The notes under the pieces: generated by a model | Told to the model about the DNA's origin: nothing | Databases searched by the model: none | Seen by the model: only the letters and a program-made list of their open reading frames with translations | Shown: in pieces, positions 57,701-64,000 of the stretch | How the letters are laid out: every line of letters begins with the position of its first letter | Numbering within the stretch: the first letter of the stretch is position 1 | Origin: Dehalococcoidia bacterium | Lineage (GTDB): Bacteria > Chloroflexota > Dehalococcoidia > Plut-88900 | Length of the DNA: 64,000 nt | Assembly (NCBI GenBank): GCA_965197645.1 | Contig: OZ240219.1 | Span: forward strand, 1,600,001-1,664,000 | Direction: 5' to 3' | Program-made: the position numbers and the translations under genes

Positions 57701-58714
57701 ATGACACAACCCAACGTTGCGATTGTCGGCGCCACGGGTCTCGTGGGCCGGCAGTTCATCAAAGTTCTCGACGAGAGGAAGTTCCCGATGGCTTCGATTC
57801 GCCTGCTGGCGTCGGCGAGGTCTGCGGGGAAACGGCTGCAGGTCAACGGCGACCAGGTGGAGGTGGAGGAGCTCACCGAGAAATCGTTCAAGGGGGTGGA
57901 CATAGCCCTGTTCTCGGCCGGCGGCGGCATTAGCAAAGAGTTCTCCCCAGTGGCTGCCGGGAATGAGACGGTGGTGGTTGATAACAGCAGCGCCTGGAGA
58001 ATGGACCCCTCCGTTCCGCTGGTGGTGCCCGAGGTCAACCCCGAGGACGTGTGGAAACACGATGGGATCATCGCCAACCCCAATTGCTCGACCATCCAGC
58101 TGGTAGTGGCCCTCCAACCGATACATCAGGCGAACCCGATAAAGCGCGTCATAGTGGATACCTATCAATCAGTGTCGGGCGCGGGCGGCGTCGGAGTTGA
58201 GGAGCTGGAGCGACAGACCAACGCCCTGGCGCAAGGCAGACCGGCTGAAGCCAAGGCTTTTCCTCATCAGATAGCGTTCAACGTGCTGCCGGAGAACGGC
58301 CCGTTGCTGGACAACGGGTACTTCGGTGAGGAGTGGAAGCTGATACAAGAGACCCGCAAGATTCTGCACGCTCCGGAGCTGGCCGTTTCCGCCACGGCCG
58401 TCAGGGTGCCGGTGTACGTCGGCCACAGCGAGGCGGTGCACGTAGAGCTCACGGACCCGATGACTGCCGATGGGTTGAGGGAGATCCTGGACGCAGCCCC
58501 CGGTGTAAAGGTCGTCGACGATCCGGCAAATCACGCCTACCCCCTGGCGGTGGACGTGGCTGGCTCCGATGACGTTCTCGTCGGTCGGATACGCAAGGAC
58601 GTTTCCCATCCCAACGGCATGGTTATGTGGGTGGTCGGCGATAACGTTCGGAAGGGCGCCGCGACCAACGCGGTACAGATCGCCGAGATTCTCGTCAACG
58701 GCCGTCAGAACTAG
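57701..58714 (+). CDS. asd: Aspartate-semialdehyde dehydrogenase
   Basis: 'VGATGLVG', 'DNSSAWRM', 'ANPNCSTIQ', 'YQSVSGAG' and 'DNVRKGAATNAVQI'. Start reset to 57701. Confidence 0.97.
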   Translation: MTQPNVAIVGATGLVGRQFIKVLDERKFPMASIRLLASARSAGKRLQVNGDQVEVEELTEKSFKGVDIALFSAGGGISKEFSPVAAGNETVVVDNSSAWRMDPSVPLVVPEVNPEDVWKHDGIIANPNCSTIQLVVALQPIHQANPIKRVIVDTYQSVSGAGGVGVEELERQTNALAQGRPAEAKAFPHQIAFNVLPENGPLLDNGYFGEEWKLIQETRKILHAPELAVSATAVRVPVYVGHSEAVHVELTDPMTADGLREILDAAPGVKVVDDPANHAYPLAVDVAGSDDVLVGRIRKDVSHPNGMVMWVVGDNVRKGAATNAVQIAEILVNGRQN

Positions 58715-58785
58715 TTCGCGGTCGACGACCGGCCGGCGTTGATTTCTCGTGATAGACTGGGGCTACTCTACCGGGAGGTGGCAAA

Positions 58786-59688
58786 ATGGCTGAGCTAGGA
58801 CGCCTGTTGACTGCAATGGTTACCCCCTTCGATGCCAAGGGGCAGGTGGACTACGAACAGGCTAAGCGCTTGGCCACCGCCTTGATCGATTCGGGCAGCG
58901 ATGGAGTGGTGGTATCCGGCACGACCGGTGAGTCCCCAACCCTGACAACGGAAGAAAAACTGCGCCTGTGGTCCGAGATAAAAGCTCACCTGGGAGACCG
59001 AGGGTCCGTCGTGGCCGGCACGGGAAACTACAGCACCGCCGAATCGATAGAGCTCACCAGTGAGGCCGAGAAGATAGGTGTGGACGCCGCGATGCAGGTG
59101 GTGCCCTACTACAACAAGCCCCCTCAGGCGGGCCTGTACCAGCATTTCGGGGCCATCGCTGAGAGCACTTCGTTGCCCTGTATCATCTACAACGTGCCCA
59201 GCCGGACGGTAGCCAACCTCTCCGCCGATACGGTGGTCAGGCTGAGCGAGATCGATAACATAGCCGGCATCAAAGAGGCGAGTGCCGACTTCGATCAGAT
59301 AACCAAGATAATCTCCGGTACCCGGGATGGGTTCAAGGTGTGGAGCGGCAACGACGGAGATACGCTGCCCATCCTCGCCCTGGGAGGGTACGGGATCGTT
59401 AGCGTGGCGTCTCACCTCGTCGGGCTCCAGATCAAGGAGATGATCGATAGCTTCCTATGTGGAAACACCGAAGAAGCCGCACGTATTCACGCCCGTTTGT
59501 TGCCCCTGGTCAACAGCCTGTTCATCGTCGCCAATCCGGTCCCGGTGAAATATGCCTTGAACGCCGTGGGATTCAACGTAGGAGGCACCCGATTGCCTTT
59601 GGTGAACCCCGACGAAAAGACCGCCGAATCGATATCGGAGGCCCTGGGCAGGCATCGGATCGATCTGCCGGTGCCCGTCAGCTCATAG
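58786..59688 (+). CDS. dapA: 4-hydroxy-tetrahydrodipicolinate synthase
   Basis: 'TAMVTPF', 'GTTGESPTL', 'PYYNKP', 'YNVPSRT' and 'IKEAS'. Confidence 0.97.
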   Translation: MAELGRLLTAMVTPFDAKGQVDYEQAKRLATALIDSGSDGVVVSGTTGESPTLTTEEKLRLWSEIKAHLGDRGSVVAGTGNYSTAESIELTSEAEKIGVDAAMQVVPYYNKPPQAGLYQHFGAIAESTSLPCIIYNVPSRTVANLSADTVVRLSEIDNIAGIKEASADFDQITKIISGTRDGFKVWSGNDGDTLPILALGGYGIVSVASHLVGLQIKEMIDSFLCGNTEEAARIHARLLPLVNSLFIVANPVPVKYALNAVGFNVGGTRLPLVNPDEKTAESISEALGRHRIDLPVPVSS

Positions 59689-59711
59689 AACGCCCATACA
59701 CCGGACGCGAT

Positions 59712-59747
59712 AAGGCCGCCCTGATCTGTTTGGGGCGGCCTTTTTTT
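59712..59747 (+). terminator. Rho-independent terminator after dapA (between convergent dapA and purA)
   Basis: AAGGCCGCCC/GGGCGGCCTT stem followed by a T7 run. Confidence 0.85.
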
Positions 59748-59755
59748 GCCTCGAT

Positions 59756-61048
59756 CTACGGAAGGGGTCGGAGAAAGATAGACTCCTCCCGGTGCGGTCC
59801 TACCGATACAAGGTCAACGGGGCAGCCGATAAGCTCTTCCAATCGTTTGACATAGCCCCTCGCTTCGGCGGGCAGGTCCTCGAATTTGCGAGCATCCCGG
59901 GTCGAGCCCTTCCAGCCCGGAAGCTCTTCGTACACCGGCTCGCAGCCGGAGAAATCGGATGCGCTGCTTGGCGGATGGGCCAAGACGGACCCGTTCAGCT
60001 TGTATCCGGTACAGACTTTGAGTGTATCGAACCCGTCCAACACGTCCAGCCGGGTCAGGGCAACCGATGTAAACCCGTTGATCAAGTTGCTGTACCTGGC
60101 GATCACGGCATCGAACCAGCCGCACCTTCTGGGTCTGCCTGTGCTGGCCCCGTACTCATCGGCCCTCTCTCTGATTTCATTGCCGATCTCATCGGTCAGC
60201 TCCGTCGGCATCGGGCCGGCCCCCACCCTGGTGGTGTAGGCTTTGTAGACCCCGATGATGGAGTCGATCTTGGTGGCACTGATACCGGCGCCCAGGGCTG
60301 CCCCGGCGCCCACTGGCGCGGACGAAGTTACGTAGGGGTAGGTCCCGAAATCGGTATCTAGGAGTGTGCCTTGCGCCCCCTCCATGATCACCAGTTCGTT
60401 CTTCTCGATGGCTTCGTGGACAACAACCTCGGTCTGCCGCAGGTAGGGCGCCAGCAACTCTCCATACCTACAGTACTCGTCGAACATCTCTTGCTTGGAC
60501 AGCGGATCCGCTCCGTATAGATTGGTGATGATCTTGTTCTTGTGGTCCACAATCAGGTCCAAGCGTTCCCGGAAAGCCCCGGTGTCCCGCAGGTCGCCGG
60601 CCCTGATTCCCATGCGGCCGGTCTTGTCCACGTAGGCGGGCCCTATGCCCCTCTTCGTTGTGCCCAGAGCCTTCGATCCCCGAGCTTCTTCCTCAAGTTC
60701 GTCGAGGAGGATGTGATAGGGCATGATCAGGTGGGCGCGATCGCTTATGCACAGCCGCTCCCCGGGCGTGACCTCCACGGTCTCCTTCTCCAGGGCGCGT
60801 ATCTCCTCCAGTAGGGCGGCGGGATTGATCACCACACCGTTGCCCAGAACGCAAACGGCATTGGAGTTGAAGATGCCTGCAGGCACCAGGTGGAGTACGA
60901 ACTCCCCATGGGAGTTGCGCACGGTGTGACCGGCGTTGTTCCCGCCGCTGGAGCGCACCACCATATCAGCGTCTTTGGAGAGCAGGTCGACTATCTTTCC
61001 CTTGCCCTCATCGCCCCACTGGGCCCCTACTATGGCTGCAACAGGCAC
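59756..61048 (-). CDS. purA: Adenylosuccinate synthetase
   Basis: 'GAQWGDEGKGK', 'GGNNAGHT', 'GTTKRGIGPAY', 'EGAQG' and 'TGRPRRCGWFD'. Confidence 0.98.
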   Translation of the reverse strand: MPVAAIVGAQWGDEGKGKIVDLLSKDADMVVRSSGGNNAGHTVRNSHGEFVLHLVPAGIFNSNAVCVLGNGVVINPAALLEEIRALEKETVEVTPGERLCISDRAHLIMPYHILLDELEEEARGSKALGTTKRGIGPAYVDKTGRMGIRAGDLRDTGAFRERLDLIVDHKNKIITNLYGADPLSKQEMFDEYCRYGELLAPYLRQTEVVVHEAIEKNELVIMEGAQGTLLDTDFGTYPYVTSSAPVGAGAALGAGISATKIDSIIGVYKAYTTRVGAGPMPTELTDEIGNEIRERADEYGASTGRPRRCGWFDAVIARYSNLINGFTSVALTRLDVLDGFDTLKVCTGYKLNGSVLAHPPSSASDFSGCEPVYEELPGWKGSTRDARKFEDLPAEARGYVKRLEELIGCPVDLVSVGPHREESIFLRPLP

Positions 61049-61207
61049 AAACGTATCCCTCTCTGGTTGGTGGACAAAAACCGTCGGGCAGTATATCAGA
61101 ACAGCTTCGGTCTTGAAAGGTTTTGAAGCCGTTCCGCCGGAGGCCGCGGACTCACGATGCGCGGTTCGGGTTCCCAGCCCAGGACAGGCTCGTCACTCGA
61201 ATTGGAC

Positions 61208-62332
61208 TTACATGAAGCCGTACAGCTTGCCGGCGTTTTCGCAGATGATCTTCTGCTTCGCCTCCGGGTTCTTCATGTTCTTGAAGTTCTCGGCGATGAC
61301 GTTCTGCGAATCGGGCCAAACGCCGTCAGGGTGAGGGTAGTCGGAGCCCCAGATAACGTTCTCCTCGCCGATCAGGTGGACCAGCTCGCCGGCCACGGCC
61401 TCCTTCTGGAAGGTGGAGTAGCCCTGCCGGTGCCAGTAATCGCTCGGCTTCATTGTCAGGCCGGGCTGCCCTTCCCCTTCGTGATCCATCCTGTCGATGA
61501 CGTAGGGAAGCCAGCTGACGCCGCACTCTCCCAGTACGAAATTGAAGTTGGGGAACCGCTCGCAGGCGCCGGAGAAGATAACGCTGGAAACGGACTCTAC
61601 CCCGGAGAGCTGGAACATAGTGGTGCTTATGGCTGCGAACTCTCGTTCGTACTGCGCCGTCTCTGGCTCGTCGACCCGGCGGGTGGGCAACCCGGCCGTG
61701 TGAAACGAAACGGAAATACCCGTCTCCGCAGAGGCCTCCCACAGGACGTCCCAGTCCCGGTGATAGATCGGCTTGTGGGCCAGGGCCGCTCCGAACTCGA
61801 CGCCCTTCAATCCCAGGCTGGCCGCCCGTCTTACCTCGTCGGCGGCAACCTGTGGATCGTGGTTGGGGATGCACGCCATGCCGGCGAACCGATCAGGATG
61901 CGTGTTGCAGAATCCGGCGATCCAGTCATTGTAGACTTTGAAGATCTCGGTGACCTGATCCTGGTCTTTGAGCTGGCTGGACACGAAAAAGAGGCCGTAG
62001 ATGACCTCGGCGTCTATGCCGTCCAGCTCCTGGTCCTTCAGCCGAAGCTCCGGAGTCGTGGGATGATAGCCGCCGCCGGAGGTATCGAAGAGGTCTGCGG
62101 ACTTCATCGTCTCCGTTCGGTCGATCATCTCCTGGCTGAAAAACTCCAGGTCACGGTAGCTGCCAGCCGGGCCTAAACTCACATTGCCGGCCTTCCACCT
62201 CTTGCCGTCTTCCCCTTCCTCTACGCGAGGCATTCTGTCCGTCCACGTACTCGGTGCGTTGGACACGAACAGGTCCTCGGGCAGGAAAGTGAGGTCTACG
62301 TGTGTGTCCCCGGAGATAATGTTGTATTTCAT
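61208..62332 (-). CDS. Amidohydrolase_2 family protein
   Basis: 'ISGDTHV', 'YNDWIAGFC...PDRF', 'SFHT', 'ECG..WLP' and 'WGSDYPHPDG'. Confidence 0.9.
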   Translation of the reverse strand: MKYNIISGDTHVDLTFLPEDLFVSNAPSTWTDRMPRVEEGEDGKRWKAGNVSLGPAGSYRDLEFFSQEMIDRTETMKSADLFDTSGGGYHPTTPELRLKDQELDGIDAEVIYGLFFVSSQLKDQDQVTEIFKVYNDWIAGFCNTHPDRFAGMACIPNHDPQVAADEVRRAASLGLKGVEFGAALAHKPIYHRDWDVLWEASAETGISVSFHTAGLPTRRVDEPETAQYEREFAAISTTMFQLSGVESVSSVIFSGACERFPNFNFVLGECGVSWLPYVIDRMDHEGEGQPGLTMKPSDYWHRQGYSTFQKEAVAGELVHLIGEENVIWGSDYPHPDGVWPDSQNVIAENFKNMKNPEAKQKIICENAGKLYGFM

Positions 62333-62429
62333 AGCGCCCCCTACCTTTCTTGCTTATACCCGCTATGTGATTATCTACCCTGCGGTCAATAGGGGGCCAG
62401 GGTATACCAGTCCAATGCCGGAGAGACGG

Positions 62430-63320
62430 TCACTCTCGACCGACTCTGTGGGGAGTGAGCTTCCTTCCGAACCAGGACCCGGGCAGCCCCCGCAGCGTAG
62501 TCCGGCCCGAGCCCAGCGGTGTGTGTTTCAGCCAACTATAGATGGCGAAGGACGCCAGGATGATCGCTCCACCGACTACCGCGTCTAGGAAGTAGTGATT
62601 TCCCGTGACGACGATGGACGCCAACGAGAGGGCCGGGTAAACGAAACCGAATACCTTCAGTGAGGGGTGGCTGCTGCGAATGAAAATCATCCCGAATAGC
62701 AACGTCCACCCGAAGTGCATGCTGGGCATGGCGGAGTACTGGTTGTAGTAGTCGATGGCCTCGGAGCTGTTGTACAGGGCCGGCCCCAGCAGCTCGATGG
62801 TGTCAACGAAGCCGTACTCCGGCATCAGCCGAGGAGGAGCTGTCGGGAAGCCGAGGTATACCAGCCAGGTCATGCCATAGCTGATGAGAAACACGTTGCG
62901 ATAGTAAACGTAGGTTGGATACCGCTTGATGAACAGGACTATGGCGGCGGGAATAAGCACAGGGAAGAAGCCGAGGGTGTAGACCCAATTGAAGAACACT
63001 ACGACGGCGCTATGGTTCTTCAGCAACCACTCCTGGATACTCTGTTCCCAGAACCCTCCCAACGCCGCTTCCAGGTTGATGATAGTGTGGGCGTTTTCGA
63101 AGGCGACGCTCTCCAGGTCTTGTGTGAACAGGTGCTTGACGCCGATGTAGGCCAGATAACCGGCGATGAGAAGGAGCAACTCAGCGACGTACCGGTTACG
63201 GGCTAGTGTCATGGTCCACCAAACGTACTGTGAAACAGGCCGTTGCCTTAACCAGGAGGAGGACGACGATGGGCGCAAACTTGCTGCTTGGAGTCCATCC
63301 GGCCGGTTTTGGGATGTCAA
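62430..63320 (-). CDS. PAP2_3 / Aur1-like (inositol phosphorylceramide synthase-like) membrane protein
   Basis: 'FPTAPPRL', 'AMPSMHFGW' and 'TGNHYFLDA', with several TM helices. Start uncertain. Confidence 0.88.
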   Translation of the reverse strand: MTSQNRPDGLQAASLRPSSSSSWLRQRPVSQYVWWTMTLARNRYVAELLLLIAGYLAYIGVKHLFTQDLESVAFENAHTIINLEAALGGFWEQSIQEWLLKNHSAVVVFFNWVYTLGFFPVLIPAAIVLFIKRYPTYVYYRNVFLISYGMTWLVYLGFPTAPPRLMPEYGFVDTIELLGPALYNSSEAIDYYNQYSAMPSMHFGWTLLFGMIFIRSSHPSLKVFGFVYPALSLASIVVTGNHYFLDAVVGGAIILASFAIYSWLKHTPLGSGRTTLRGLPGSWFGRKLTPHRVGRE

Positions 63321-63349
63321 GATAAGCCGGAGCGGGAACTAAGCTAGGG

Positions 63350-64000
63350 CTACTCGGCGGACTTGCGCTCGATGACGCCTCGAGCGTGGGCGTCTATCAA
63401 GTCGAAGAACTCGGGGTGGAACTTGGCGTCGATGCCCACCACGTTGTTGCCGATCAGTATCAACCCGCTGACCCCTTCAAACACCACGCCGTCACAAAGC
63501 TGTCTATTCGAAAATGATATTCGGTACTCGGACCCGGAAGCGTCCAGCTCCCCAGAGGCGCCCGCACAGGAGAAGACGTTGGCGTCGTGCTCGTCGACGG
63601 CCGCGGCGGTCGATTCCATGAAGCCATCGAAAAGCCGTTTAGCCGCTTCCTCGTCCCCCAAGGACTGCATCCACCAGGTTGAGAAGAATCCACCGGAGTT
63701 CATGTCGCAACGAAGAATTGTCGAAGGTGTCTCACTCTGGTGAAACATCCGGAACACTCTATCGATGTTGATCTTCGGCTCGTTGTCCACATCGGCCTGG
63801 AAAACGTTGGTTACTTCGCCCAGCTCTCCGGGTATCGACATCAGGCAATCTTCGTCTCCCAGCGAGGTCATGTAGTCCCCGCCGGCGGCCGGGACCGAAG
63901 TCGGCGTATCGACTGGTGGAGAGGTTGGCTGTGCATCAGTCGTGGGCTCGGGGGCCGATTCGATGGGTTCAGCGGTCGACGGCTCGGACGTTCTGTTGCA
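63350..64000 (-). CDS. Hypothetical secreted protein or lipoprotein with Pro/Thr-rich linker (5' partial)
   Basis: The frame of ORF 63350-63871 stays open to the window end, reading CNRTSEPSTAEPIESAPEPTTDAQPTSPPVDTPTSVPAAGGDY-M. The leading Cys may be a lipobox Cys. Confidence 0.65.
   Translation of the reverse strand, partial: CNRTSEPSTAEPIESAPEPTTDAQPTSPPVDTPTSVPAAGGDYMTSLGDEDCLMSIPGELGEVTNVFQADVDNEPKINIDRVFRMFHQSETPSTILRCDMNSGGFFSTWWMQSLGDEEAAKRLFDGFMESTAAAVDEHDANVFSCAGASGELDASGSEYRISFSNRQLCDGVVFEGVSGLILIGNNVVGIDAKFHPEFFDLIDAHARGVIERKSAE

Overview
GC-rich bacterial chromosomal window, most likely Chloroflexota (Dehalococcoidia/SAR202-like). This is inferred from the ClpC N-terminus, the four-domain S1, and the LLM monooxygenase, amidohydrolase and CaiB content. 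From left to right: (1) a minus-strand aldehyde oxidoreductase operon with one 4Fe-4S subunit, TWO AOR catalytic paralogs, an NTF2-like protein, an FAD subunit and two MoaD-like sulfur carriers; (2) a small defence-like islet (PLD nuclease, NDT/TIR-like protein, DNA methyltransferase-Mrr fusion with an AT-rich, apparently swapped target-recognition region); (3) a B12 acyl-CoA mutase cluster with one ICM-type and one MCM-type large subunit but a single B12-binding subunit; (4) nfo, then a TolB-like lipoprotein gene behind tandem NrdR-like boxes; (5) csoR-YHS-copA with a CsoR operator; (6) a hicA pseudogene plus hicB; (7) archaeal-type PEP carboxylase; (8) the CP-ATP-grasp/alpha-E/transglutaminase triad next to a repeat-containing HEXXH peptidase; (9) DUF899, radC, a GcvT-family oxidase and an MFS transporter; (10) the core tRNA-Tyr/tRNA-Thr-tuf-rpmG-secE-nusG-rplKAJL cluster; (11) LLM monooxygenase plus dipeptidase-like gene; (12) rpsA-clpC-radA-larC, rpsO-pnp-dapB-asd-dapA, purA, an amidohydrolase, a PAP2 protein and a partial lipoprotein. 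I saw no CRISPR array, rRNA or transposase. All calls come from reading motifs by eye; no database search was run.
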